A stretch of 64,000 nucleotides of DNA, from NCBI GenBank assembly GCA_965637545.1, contig OZ281495.1, positions 24,056,001-24,120,000 of the forward strand. Reading direction: 5' to 3'. Shown piece after piece: positions 1 through 12,823 of this stretch. A program made the translations under genes and the position numbers. The stretch is from Phallusia mammillata. Taxonomy: Eukaryota. The notes under the pieces were generated by a model. That model made no database searches. It saw only the letters and a list, made by a program, of their open reading frames with translations, and had not been told where the DNA came from. The number at the start of each line of letters is the position of its first letter. Position 1 is the stretch's first letter.

Positions 1-694
1 AAATACAATAGTGTCTTGTGATGCTAATAAATTTTGCACAAACAAATAATTCAAAACAACAACACATAGTAAGTTACACTTGATCCCTCCATTGTGATTC
101 TACCTTGATGTTTCCTTGCATTTATTCTTCTGCAAGTAAGTCCTCACAGGTTTGCCTGTCAGGAGTAGCGAGAAAGTTTCTGGTACACACAATGAAATGG
201 CACAGCACATTTTAACACTTAACAGTATTTGGTAATGGACAGTTAGTCTAACATAGTAAGTTATCTGTCATCATTACATGGTTGCAATGTGTTTAAAAAT
301 GTCACATGTAATATTTTTTAACAATGTTATATTTCTGTGTTTCTTGAATTTATACACAAACAAATTACTTCAATTATGGGGCTTATTATTATGCCTTATT
401 AATGTTTTTTACAGCACTATATGTACCGAATTTACAATCATTTAAAAGCCTTAGTAAGAAATGGAGATTCTGGCTGTTTGGTAAACGTTTAGTTTAGTAC
501 CTTTATGTCAACTGTGTGACTTTTATTAAAGAACCAACAAATGTAATTTATCGCAAAGCCCTCGGGCGTTTTTTTCCGCAGTCTACGTTAGCCGACAAAG
601 ATGGTAACTAACAACAGTCCAGTTCTATACATATTTCATGTAGCTCATTATTGTAAATAGGCCAAGTAACTGCGCGCGAACGTGGTTGACTCAC

Positions 695-3381
695 CAGTTG
701 TCTTCGCAAACTGTTGCAAGCTTCGTCCCGTCGCTTGAAAAGCATACTGACGTCACCCACGATCCGTTTGCACCGCCAACGTAAATCGGACAGGGCATCG
801 GGTATTGGTGCCTAAACATGACGCAACATTTACGTAAGCTGACATCATCTGAATCGAGCGACAGGCTAAACAATCACTTACGCAAGAAGTGCAATTTGAC
901 TTCCGGTGAAAGGGTCCCAAACAATGGCTGTTGTGTCGTGAGAAGCTGTGGCCAGCAAAGCCCCATCCGGTGACCACGAACATGCAACTACGTCATTGTT
1001 GTGACCCCGTAACCTTAGCGCCAGTTCGAACGACCGTTTGTGTATTAGTTTCCACACTATAACCTAATAAAAAGATTACTTGTTAACCCTTGTAATAACA
1101 TGGAACGTAAAAATGAAAGTAATGAACTCAACAAAGGAACATATTGGCCTTAAATATTTTTGATGCCAACTTAGTTTGAGGCAAATGGCAGCGTGCTAAC
1201 ACATGGTCGAATGTTCTAAATTTGTAAACTATGACAATACAACAATGAAATAAGAGACACTCTGTCATAAACCACTTATGTAATGTCATTTGTCAAGCAA
1301 TGCACATGACTTAAAATAGGTATGGGTTTAAAAATCACACTATCTTGAAGTTTGAGACATAACTTGTGTTAGAATAAAAAGATGGGTTCTTTCAGGGGGC
1401 CCATGAAAATGATGAAAACTTGATAGAAACTTTCAACAAGATTAGGAATTAAAAAAGGTGTTCTACGAGAAAGTTTTGATGTTATAAATTTACTGTCATA
1501 AAAAAATCCCGTTGCAAACATGTTCACCTAGCTTATCATAGTGCTACGTAGACATATGTAGCAACACAGACATTGCCTGTCACTGTCAAGTGGCTGTCTG
1601 CTAGAGCATATGTGTGCTGTTATCAAACAAATTTAACATCAGTTAGCATACAGCATGCTTCTAGCCAGTGTCAAACGAGGATGAACAAATAATGTCTGTT
1701 CGGAAGGCTTAAGGAGTATGATGCAATAGTTTGGCTTGTTTGATTTTTATACCATACACAGCTAATACCAACATGCTATTTTGTTAACACAAGTCAGGCT
1801 TGTCAAAGTGCCTCCAGCTATGCCTCAATCAAGGCTATACAAGGTCATAGAGTGCCACAAAAACAACTTTACATGCCGTTCAAATTGATGATCATTTTTG
1901 AGCCACCATAAATTTTCAGCAACATAATACCCAACTGCTGCAAAGTACATGTTGTTGGGCAAATATGATATACCACCCAAGGTAATCATAAATTTGGAGT
2001 CTTTTTGTTTTTATGACAAAACTCAACTCATTAACACTGTTAGGTTGCAAAAGGACTTACAGACTTTCCCATTCCAACTGAGGCCAACATGTGTGGATTA
2101 GTGGGGGAGAAGGCACAGTCACTAATTGGCAGTTTGTGACCTGTGATTGTCAGTGACATGTTTCCATCATCACCTAAATCCCAAACCTGAAAGGTGTGTA
2201 CACATTTAATAAATAATAAACAATTCATGAAGGTATTACTTACCTATTTGAAGAATAAAGAGATTGTAACACTAAAAGTAAACTACTGACCTTAAGAGTT
2301 TTGTCCAAAGAACAAGACACCAGGATAGGAAGACCGCATGGGGAAAATGTCAAACCATTTATGCGACTTTCATGATCAGATAGGTTAAAAACCATTTCCC
2401 CTACAACAGATAGTAAAAATTATAATTGGGTTTTCAATGCTTTGGTTATGCAATGTATGCAGGCTTGTAGCACACAACACAACATATCTAATTTATACAT
2501 TAATTACCTTTGTCACACAATATAGTTGACTTGACTGGGGGTAGAAAAGGCAAGCTACCTAACTTGCATGCTTGTGATTAAAAGACATATATAATACTAA
2601 CCAGTGTCAGTGTTCCAAATCTTGATTTGACCCCCTTCCAAGCCAGTGGCCAACAGGGCAGATGAATTTGCTAGTATTGGAAGGCTGGGAGCAAATTCCA
2701 TGGATACCACATTGCTACTACAGTCAATAATTCTACCAGTGCTATAATAAAAAAACATACTGTGTATGAAATGTATGCCTACAACTGATTAAATACCATG
2801 AGCTTTGTATCAACGTGCAAATAACACAATCAATCTATTAAAAGGTGATTTCTTCTTGTGTTTCATAGTTTACACCCTTTCACATAGCATAATTAAATTG
2901 TTCTGTTTGCACACTATGACCTCAATAACAGTAACCACAAAAGAAACCAACAGAATTTATTCAGTTTATTACCTGCCCTTCCTTAAAATTTCTCTTCAAC
3001 TAATATGTATTGCATGCAGTAAACAAATCACTAAGAAGGTTTAAAACATATTGCTTACCTATTGGATTCAACAAAATCAGAAACTTCTTTGAAAGCTTGC
3101 AAATGGCTCTCCACCTTTACTTGCCCGTAGCCTACAGACCAAGCAAACTTTAATCCATCTTTTGAGAAGGCACAGCATCTTGCTTCTCTACCAGGCTTCC
3201 ATCTTGTATTTCCATAAAGACTTGAAATCTGACCCACATCAGCAAACTTTTCTGCAAAAAATTGAGTATCAGTCAGTTTGTGTATCATTAAGTAAACTTT
3301 GTTATCACATAAAATGTGAGACCTACCTGTGGCTGTTATTTGAGCGTATGTGATTTTTCCAGTTTCTTCTGAGTTAACCAT
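695..3381 (-). CDS. WSB1: WD repeat and SOCS box-containing protein (WSB1/2-like), partial. Exons 3327-3381, 3059-3251, 2602-2741, 2291-2400, 2061-2186, 882-1063, 695-811. The last WD repeat and SOCS box were not located and probably lie left of the window.
   Basis: Phase-consistent GT-AG splicing gives KPGREARCCAFSKDGLKFAWSVG, IIDC..LLATGLEGGQIKIWNT, VWDLGDDGNM, GHNNDVVACSWSPDGALLATASHDT and HQYPMPCPIYVGGANGSWVTSVCFS. These match remembered vertebrate WSB1 blocks in order. Confidence 0.9.
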
Positions 3382-5689
3382 AATCTGCTAGTATCTCCGT
3401 TTAATAAACTTGACTTGTTAACTTCACTGTCAATTTATTGAGGTAGTTTTGTACAATCAATCGATAAGCAGACGTATAAGCAGTAGAATGCCACGTTTAC
3501 AAGACAACACAGCAGAATAAAACAAAAAAGCCAACAAGCAATATATACGTTTTCACGAAACTTCTAAAAACAGTAAAAAGTACAGTTATTTCTTCCTAAA
3601 ACAGTAACGTCCCTAAACACACCCACGGCGACAGCATCTAAAGCCGATTTGAATGCATGTAGTTGTAAAATCGTGAAACTGAGTGTGGTTCAGTCGACGA
3701 ACTACGCAGACATACATCACCGAAAGAGAATAAAGAAACCAATGCGTCCTTCTCACATCATCGGCGCTGTTTTTCAACAACTACTCAGTTCTGATTGGCT
3801 TAAAGCTGGACATATCAACACGCCCCCTTTTGTAGTAAATTAATGCGTTGAAGTTTTGTTTGCAATGTTCTGGAAAGACTGGTGATAATTGTAGCATAAT
3901 GCTGCTTCTAGCATTTCAAGCTGGTGACGCTGCCGATATTAAAGAATTTATCGTTAAGTTTGTTCAGTAAAAATGCTACGAAAGTACAATATATCTATGT
4001 TCGAAAGCACGCATGAAAAAAGATTGTTGTTGACTTTCAACGAAAATCTACAAATTCCATTCATTTTTACCACATTTAAAGCCAACACAAAACCGAACAA
4101 AGGACCAGAAACATATGGTGAAAACATCCAATTGTCTTTATTAACCAACAAGCTCAATAAAAAATTTGTGATGCTCAAAAAACTTTGTATTAGCTGATTT
4201 TACTGATAACTTTTCGACACTTTTGACGACCGATCTTTGCTCGATATACGCGCGGTAGGCTAAATCAAAAGTGCTACCTGCTGGTTGACGTTTTTTCAAG
4301 AGCGCTTGTACATAAATAGGTTGCAAACAGATACGATGGGCAAGGTATGTGGTCAGCTAATAGTTTTCGTTGTTCGATTTTCGATCATTTCAGTGTCTGA
4401 TACAAATTAGTAAAATGTTTCCGGTCACGAGGATTTTTCAAAAACATTGCACAAACAAAAGCAACAATACTAAAATTGGAACATCATTATTTTACATGAC
4501 AGGTGACTACCCGGTAGAACTTCGTTGCCAATGGCGCAGCATGGAAAAGGGCACTGTTTGCGGATCATGATGAACAAACATGCTGCAGCTATTATACAAT
4601 ATTAATAAGCGTTCATCAAGTTTATAGAGCTTTCTGGCAAATGTAATAATAAGCGTCCATGTTGGTGATGGAAGCTCACCGCCGTCGACACATCGATGAC
4701 GAGAGTATGGCTCATGGTTTGTAGCTCACTCAGATGCGACACCTTGTGCGCAATCTTTTTACATTTCAATTGTAAGATTTTTGTCGTCACAAAAGTATGA
4801 CTGTTCATTGGCAATCAATATCTACGCCTGCGACGAGACGCATTATTTGTGACATAATAATTACGTTTCTGTCACATATTATTTGTGACAACTTAACAAA
4901 CATAAAAATCCGTAGTTTATTGCTAAACCTTGCCATTCCGAGGCTACTTTGACATGTCCAAGCTATGTTTAAGAAGTTTTTTTGTAAAAAAGTGTATTTC
5001 TACGTCCACCAAATTGGGGTAGTTACGCTATCGCACAACATTCGTATCATGCATAGCTGTTGTTCAAAATTGGGTCTGCCAGAATAAATTCTGCAATCTC
5101 GATGAAAAACAAGACTTTTCGACATACGTCACATCTCATGTATACGTTTTCATGTCTGTAGAATACTTTCTGGTGATGTCAAGCTATTTGTAAATCTGTG
5201 ACATCCGGGTCTAAAACTCTGGTAAGCTTTTGCCGGCGTAAACTAATTTCTGTTTCCCATGTTTTGAGCGTATGTCTTTTTCACAAAAAAACGTGTCGAA
5301 CGTGTTGACCGTGTTTACGTCAGCCACATGATTGACGTGATTGTGACTGCGTGTGCTCAAATAAAATTCACGCTTTTCCAGAAATTGGACTTCTAGTGTG
5401 ACGCCAGCATCAAATCCCTGACGTTACAACACATTTGTTGCAAATTAACTAAACGTGTCAACCACGTTTGAAATCTATCAACCGCGTGCAAGATTGGGCT
5501 CCAACTGTGCGTTGAAATCTCCATATCACCACTGGGAACATGTTGCAAAGGTAAGTGAACTAAGCTAAGAATTAGAAATGGTTACGCATAATTTATGTAT
5601 GCAATGTTGGACAAAAAGAAATAACTTAGTTATGAAAACTTTAGGATCGACGTAAAGCAAATCTATTTGAAGTTCCAGTCCAAGAAAAG

Positions 5690-7588
5690 ATGGTGGTGGG
5701 CAAATTGAAACGGAATGTTTTCTGGCTAACTGTTATCGGTATCACTTTGGGTGCTTGGTCATGGAACTTGTTGCCCTTAATAATAGTCAAAAAGAAGTTA
5801 AATAAACATGAAGCTGGATTTGTAAAAACTCATTGCAGCACGGATGTTACCACGCAGCCTCAAAACTTCAACAGTCCCACTTTCGAAACAGTACCTGTGT
5901 CAAAAACCTTGAAAGTTTGCCCAGCAATTTCCGACTTATTGAAAGGAAAGTTGAACGTGACTTTTACAGGTAAGTTAAAACATTGCGGAAAGTAATTTTT
6001 TGTATACGTGAATTGAAAATAACTCGACAGAAAAGAACACGGGGAGACGCAATTGGCCACCGACTCTGGAGGAAATAGCAGTTAACAATCCAGATCTCCA
6101 AGTTGGTGGGTACTACCCGGGACCAAGGCACTGCAAACCAAGCGACAATCTTGTCATCATTATTCCGTTTAGAGATCGCGACAAGCACATGAGGTAACAC
6201 AGCTATAACAACAGTGATCGTTAGGTCACATTAGTATGAGAAAAAGTTTTTTTGAGACAATATTAACATGAGCAACGAAAGTGATATTTGTAAAATCACA
6301 TCTAGGTACCTGTTGCACTTTCTTCATCTTATTCTACAACGTCAGCAAGCTCGGTATATGATCATAGTGGCCGAACAGGACAACTCAGCCATATTTAACA
6401 AAGGGCAGTTGATGAACGCTGCGTTTGATTATGCATCCAAGCTTCCTGGTCATGATTTCAATTGTTACTTCTTTCACGATGTCGACCTAATCAGCGAAAA
6501 TGACAGGCTGTTATACCGGTGTCAAGGTAGGCTAAATCATACGGTTTTGCTTTAAACACTTTTTTGTTTGGGATATTATTTATTTTCTTGCAAACAAAAC
6601 AATTAAGATATTCATTCATTAATATTCTGCTAAATGCATTATAAGTGCAACATGTCATTTTGCAGGGGAAGATAAAGTCGTGCATCTAGCCGCCCACATA
6701 GACAAATACAACTATTTGTTTTGTTGTGGACTTACTGTCGGAGGAGTTTTGGGTCTAACGAAGCAACAGTTTAGAAAAGTGAATGGATTTTCAAACGCTT
6801 ACTACGTAAGTCTGTGTTATCCTTTTGACATTGCAGAGTTACAACGTTCACAAATTTAACCCAGTCCAAATTCGACTAGAGCACAACCAAAAAAGACCTG
6901 TTCTCTGAGCTTTTGTTCCTTAATTATAAGAAGAATAGCTAACTCACAGACTTTATGGGTTGTTTATGTAGTTTTTGTATCACGTTTTACGTCGACGTGG
7001 GTTGTTGCAACACCTCTGACAACAATCAGAAGGCGAAGACCACTTTTCCAAAAAAAATTGCAAACGCACGAACGTAACCAATCATACGACTGGTTGTTTT
7101 GAAAATAGAGTTTGTCTTCTTTAAATAGAGCAGCTTCTCCAGCTCTTTTACTCCATGGTTGGTTTTGACGTTTTGCTTTGTGGGGTAAAGTTGCGTTTTT
7201 CTAAAGGCTAATAATGTAATATCTGACATTGTATCATTTTTGTTAAAACCAGGGCTGGGGAGGAGAAGATGATGACATAAATGCACGGATTTTATATGTA
7301 GGAAAATACAAAATTTACCGTCCCGGTGAAAAGTTTGCAAGGTACAGAAAAATAGGTTTAAACTATGCTATTGTATTCCTATCAGTCTATGTTGCCAGGT
7401 TTCGGATGGTATCTCACAAATCAGATTCAGCCAACCCTAAAAATCCCCAACGTAGAAGGTTGCTGCAAAACTGGCGAGCACGTCAACCCAAGGATGGAAT
7501 AAATTCACTTGAAGCAAAAGTTACAAGTGTAGTCAAACACCTAACACACACTCGTATGTTGATTAAAATTAAACCGGAACCAAAATAA
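5690..7588 (+). CDS. B4GALT: Beta-1,4-galactosyltransferase (GT7) family type II membrane glycosyltransferase, 360 aa. Exons 5690-5969, 6031-6193, 6306-6526, 6666-6805, 7253-7341, 7399-7588.
   Basis: N-terminal TM anchor followed by IIIPFRDR, FNKGQLMN, FHDVDL (DxD), GWGGEDDD and MVSH motifs. Exon lengths sum to 1083 nt with no internal stop. Confidence 0.93.
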
Positions 7589-7750
7589 AAGCGAAAACAC
7601 CTCCTTGTATTTGACTTCTAATCTATGCATGCTTACCAGTACATCAGGTTACAGGGCTACCTGATTGATGCATTTGACAAACATGTATTAACAGTTGTGT
7701 GTATCCGAAGTGCCAGTATGTTCTGCTTTCACGCGAGCAGGAAACATCAA

Positions 7751-7825
7751 AATAAATTCTTCAAAAAAAAATCCCTAGACCGCGTGTAACCATGGTCACG
7801 AAATATATGTAAGTTGAAGTTTATT
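7751..7825. terminator. Candidate convergent polyadenylation signals: + AATAAA at 7751-7756 (B4GALT) and - AATAAA at 7820-7825 (PDZ scaffold gene)
   Basis: Each hexamer lies about 160-200 nt downstream of its gene's stop codon. Confidence 0.5.
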
Positions 7826-8020
7826 TAGACTTGAGAGGCAAGGAGCACAAGATTAGTGAACAAACTCGAATGAAACCACTAAAGAATCGAAATTATTCGA
7901 CCGAAAAAAACAAACAATTAGTAGCGGGCGAAAACATATAAAGGCCTGAGGATGTTCAAAGATAACTACACTGGTTTTCAATTGCTTATGACCAAATTTG
8001 AAGTTGGTGTGAAAGAGCAA

Positions 8021-11000
8021 TCAGGTCGAATCGGTCTGCGCCAAGCGACAGGCCTTTTGCAGTTCTGTGACCATGGCACGTAATCGCACATTTTCGCTTT
8101 CAAGCACAACATCTTGGTTACGTTTGCGCGCCATGTCACGCTCGAGCTCCCTTTTGGCGCGTGAAGTGACCTCCAACTCACGCATGAGCATGGACAGGTC
8201 ACTTTTGAGTGCGGTCATTTCTCGCCAGTCTGCCATTTCTTCGCTGCCCGGCCTTGCTGGCTTCAACGCGTCAAAGTCTTTCATGATGACGTCATCGTCG
8301 TCGGTGTCTTCGGACCTGGTGCTCGGACTGGCTGATGACGTCAGCTGCGAGTCTTTGGGCAGGTTGAGTATGCATCTGTTGCACTCTTGGGCAGGCGTTT
8401 CACGGCGTCTCATCACTACTAAGCGCGCAGATATAGTTTCCTTGAGAATTCGTGCCACAAATTCAACTCCGACGGACTGGACGTTAACTCCGTTTACCTC
8501 GAGTAATCGGTCACCTAAAGGTAAAGGAAAAAGATGTTAGGTCAGATCCCAGCCAATCAACAGAAACTTTAATGGTTTAGCTCCAACTTGGTTTTTCATT
8601 GTCTTACCTTTTAAAAGTCGTCCCTGTTCGTAGTTGCAGTTTACAATAGTGCCTCGGACACGGCCGTTGTTGCGAGTGGTGTCAACTTCATCTTTGAGCG
8701 ACAATCCGTATCCCGAGTTGCCAGCGAATACCTCGCAACTGTGTATCGAGTAACCGGGGTGCTCTGATATAAACTGGGATGCCATTTCCATATTGTTTCC
8801 ATTACATCTATGAGTTTCTGATGGAGAGACGATGCTGTAGAGGCTGCTGTGTATCATGTTGCGAAACTTCTCTGCTTTGCGTTGTGCTACGAACAGCGAC
8901 ACCTGGAAAAATACATTCATGTTTGCTGGTTGTTCGTGTTCATATAGCTATTAGTGTAAAAAGTCGTGCTAAAACTGCCAATTGGCGACTGCTGCGTGTT
9001 CAGAACTGAAAACTCACCTTCATATCTAGAACTTGATGTTTATGTTTCAGTGCAAGAAGATCAGCTTGATGAACAGCAATCTGAAGATCAACGTCGGCTA
9101 ATGCTGCACTGTCCACATTTTCCAATTCCATAGTGCCCAGTGCGGTTGTCACTTGCTCGTCACCCGAGCTTGTCACCGAGTCATTTCGCTTCTGACGTGC
9201 AAGTAGCTGGCGCTGATGACGAAACAACTGACCCAGCATGTCTTCTGTACTACTGATCATTTGTTCAGTAGACCTAAAACGATAACATGGCATTTAGATA
9301 TATTGTTACATGGTTTGGCGAAGGGTTTTTGTTGGCGTGTCTTACTTTAACTCTTGCTCCAGAGCCAAAGATGACCCGTTGTTTATTTCGCTTTGCTGAT
9401 TGACTGATTCATGATAACGTTGAAGACCTGATTCTAACATGCACCTCACTTGCGACACCTTGCGGTGCACTTCATCAAACTGTTCGTCTCTTTCTCTCAG
9501 CTGAGAACGCAGCATTGAGTTGTCAACGGTTAGCGAGTCGGCTTTTTGTTGATCCTATCAAACAGAAAGACATTTTGTTTATTATGAAATCGATTATTAT
9601 CGTGAAAAACGGTTGTATGGAGGTTTAACTTACAGCTGACAACAATACGCTTTCGCTGCAACTGCCCAGTCGAGATTGGAAAGAGGTCGCCTCGGAAGAT
9701 CTTCTACTTTCACTCGTTAATGGCATGACATCCTCAACCATTACATCATCATTGGACGAGTCGTCTTTAGTCAGTCTTTCTTTCTCATGCTCCAGAAGTT
9801 CCTCTGTAAGACGCCCGATCTTGTCAAGGTTGTATGGTGTCCAGGAATCGGAACCATTTGAACAGCGGCTTTCCTGAAATGTTAGCGAACGTTGTTATCC
9901 ACTTGTTTCGCGGTAAACCAACACAAAAGTGCTTCGCCCGCTACAAGTTTACATTGCAAGAAATTAGAGCCACAATCCACGCAAACAGCACAAGATGTCA
10001 AAACGTAATGCCCCGGGGCGCTAATGATGCCTGAAGTAATTTTATTGGTTCAAAAAAGTTCCAAAAGAGTTCAGACCTTTGTGTGCACATATAAAAATAC
10101 TTCTGAGTCATGAAATTTTTTATCTAAAAGTGGCAATTTACGGAAATATGCACTTGAAATAAGGCAAAGTATTTACCGAGGAAAGGTTCGATGTCATGGA
10201 GCATGATCGTTTGAAGTCAGGAATCCCATTGTTTGCGTTACCTTTACCAAAAAAATCGCAAGTTAATAAATTCACGCCCAACAAAATAACTTGTAAGCAC
10301 CAGGCGATGAGCTCGTAAAGAATCTCGCTTATACCTGTGTTGATGTCTTTCAACGTGACACGATCACACAGGAGCAGTGATGTCCCATTTCTCCACACAG
10401 GCTTTCTTGTGTCGGGAATCTCCGCTACATCTGAAAATGCGGTCACGATTATATTTGAGAACATCGAATTTAAACCGTAAAGATATTGGATACTGGGAAA
10501 TATTGGACACAGAGCATTTACATGTAAGCATTACTCGCCAAGATAGGGTATACGATGAATCTCCTTTTTACTAACATTGCAACAATTGTAGCACACACTA
10601 GTAGCTATGTTAAGTTATGGCGGTTATGTTTTCATTAACAGGTTTGCGCAGCCAACTGTTTCAAAGTACAAGATGGCAAAATAAAGTAGCGGTCTTGCAC
10701 ATTCAGTTGAATAACAATACGAACCTCCGGAGACTGATATCTCGCATAGAGCGAAAAGACTTGGTTCCACATTGCGCAGTCGAAATTTGCGTAGTGCCAA
10801 TCGCATCACGTGATCCACTGAAGTCTGCGTTGAAACCCGAAATTGTTTCCCTTTTGGTCGGTGCTTGCCGATTCGACAGATCACCTGTAACCGAATATGA
10901 CCAATTACACATCAAGATAACAAACTAAGGCATAAAATAATATTTATTTCCAAAAGAGGTTTTGTAAACCCTTTTCTACAGTTAAAAATGGTGAACCGAT

Positions 11001-12823
11001 AAAACTTTGTGCAGATTCTGCATGGTTGAAGTATGCAAGGCAGAAATAACCGTATCACTAATAGAAAGTTCAAGCATTTATATGTGTTTCCCCCCCCAAA
11101 TAGTGTTCACTGGGTATAGTAAATGATTGACGAGAAAAACGTGGTGGCAAATTATCCCATTACGTTCACCTACCTTCATTACAACTCCTCTCAGTTGGCT
11201 GAGTTCCAATCTTCTTGTTACATTGCGTCTTGTCGAAGTTGTGATTGCTCTATACACAGCGAGTGGACATTCGTCCGATTCCAGCATCCGACGGGATGAC
11301 ATAATCCCACGATTCTTGTGCTTCTTATCTGTGAAAACACGATTCCACCGGTAAAGTCAGTTTACCGCGAAGCTTAAGACAAATGCGAGTGCTTATTAAT
11401 ATACCTTTGGCGTCCACATCGGGAACAGTGACATCGTTTATCACGAACAAGTTGATGTCGTCATTGATGGCGGCGCTGTCCAGAAACAATTGAATAAGTT
11501 CTCCTGTTGTCGTCGTTTCGGTGATTTGCAACTCGGTGGGCGTAAACTGGTCTGAGCAACAATGACACATGATTTAAACTTAAAGCTAACCTAAATGCAG
11601 ACTTTGAACGCCCGGGTAATTTGAAATATATCTGTACCTTGTGAATTGATGTCTGAATGGATGACAATAGAATGAAGCAACGAAGTTTCAGGAGCGGCTT
11701 GAGATACCACTACTTTCGGTTTAGAGATAGCATGCCTGATTTGTGTCAGGGTTTTCTTGACTTTGTTTGATGACGTCGCGCTTGATGACGTGGTGGATTC
11801 TTCGCCGTTACTTTGGTCGTGTTCAGAAGAAGACGACGCAGGCACAGTTGCACTGGTTGATGACGTAGAAGATCCACTGACGTAGTCCGAAGAGGTCACC
11901 ATTGACTCTGCATGGCTGATAGATGAAGGCGGGCGAATTCGTTGTTTAGACTTTGGGTGTGAATCTGTTTTTGTCGCTTTGGGGACGGTTTTGGCTTCGC
12001 GAAAACACTCGGCAAGTTTCAGCAGAACATCCTGCTTTTGCCGGCTGTTCTGGAAGTTGAGTCTGTTCATACTGTTCCAAGCCGTCTCAGGATCAGCCAA
12101 GTGTCGCCCACATATACGAGAAACACGGAACTGTACTGAGAGTTTGCCATCGTCGTCCAATTGGTTTGCCTTTAACCAATCGCAGGCGTCTTCTGTCGTC
12201 CACTCACTAATTGGCTTTGGGTTCTTGAATTGCATAAACTTGCGCATTCTTGATTTATTAAGCTTGCTTGTGTCGTAGGACTTTTTTGAGTCGCTTAGGA
12301 ATTCATCCGTGCTCGTGGACGCGATGTAAACGCTGCTTGCTTTTATGCGCTGAGAGTGGGCGTTTCTTCGATTACACTTCTGCACCACAGTTCCCTCGCG
12401 TTGCGTTTTGTTTCGGTGTTTTACAGATCGACTGTACTGGCCTACAAAAGACACACAGATTAATATTGAACGCGGTCATAGAAATATTCAATTAAGGGTA
12501 ATTTTATGGTTAATTTGACAACATTTCCGCGTGTTTCAGATGGTCATGCGAGGTTATTTTGACCGACGCCGTAAGTTTGTTATTACGCGGCTCGTGTTTA
12601 AATTCAACTTGACAACGCTGCCGGGCAGTTCGGACGTGCGCCAAAAGATTTTCGCTGAAGACTGGACAAGATCGGTTTATCGGACGCCCAATCTGGTTTC
12701 CTCGCAGATTATCCACTGTCGTTACATCGCTAAAATATATTACCTGGAGTTTTCCTGCTGCTTTTTTCGTTCGACTGGGAGTAGTTGGTCAAAGTCGGGT
12801 CCGTCGTAACAACACTTGAAGTG
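8021..12823 (-). CDS. Multidomain scaffold SAM - Ser-rich - RA - RA - coiled coil - PDZ - coiled coil, over 950 aa, true start upstream. Exons 12744-12823, 11638-12441, 11405-11551, 11174-11328, 10725-10884, 10335-10430, 9634-9803, 9346-9554, 9018-9273, 8608-8902, 8021-8514.
   Basis: All junctions are GT-AG and phase-compatible. SAM-like EWTTEDACDWLKANQL; RA1 TTTGELIQLFLD...RRMLESDECPLAV; RA2 VSTQTSVDHVMRLALRKFRL..PSLFALCEI; PDZ GNSGYGLSL...LKGDRLLEVNG...VARILK; heptad-rich segments on both sides of the PDZ. Confidence 0.85.

Noticed and set aside
583-624. Minus-strand NWTVVSYHLCRLT*, resembling the SOCS-box LQHLCR
   Set aside because: It stops immediately, and using it would delete the expected last WD repeat. 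Probably chance; the WSB1 3' end is left unresolved.
8067-8540. 157-aa plus-strand ORF
   Set aside because: Antisense shadow of the PDZ gene's last exon.
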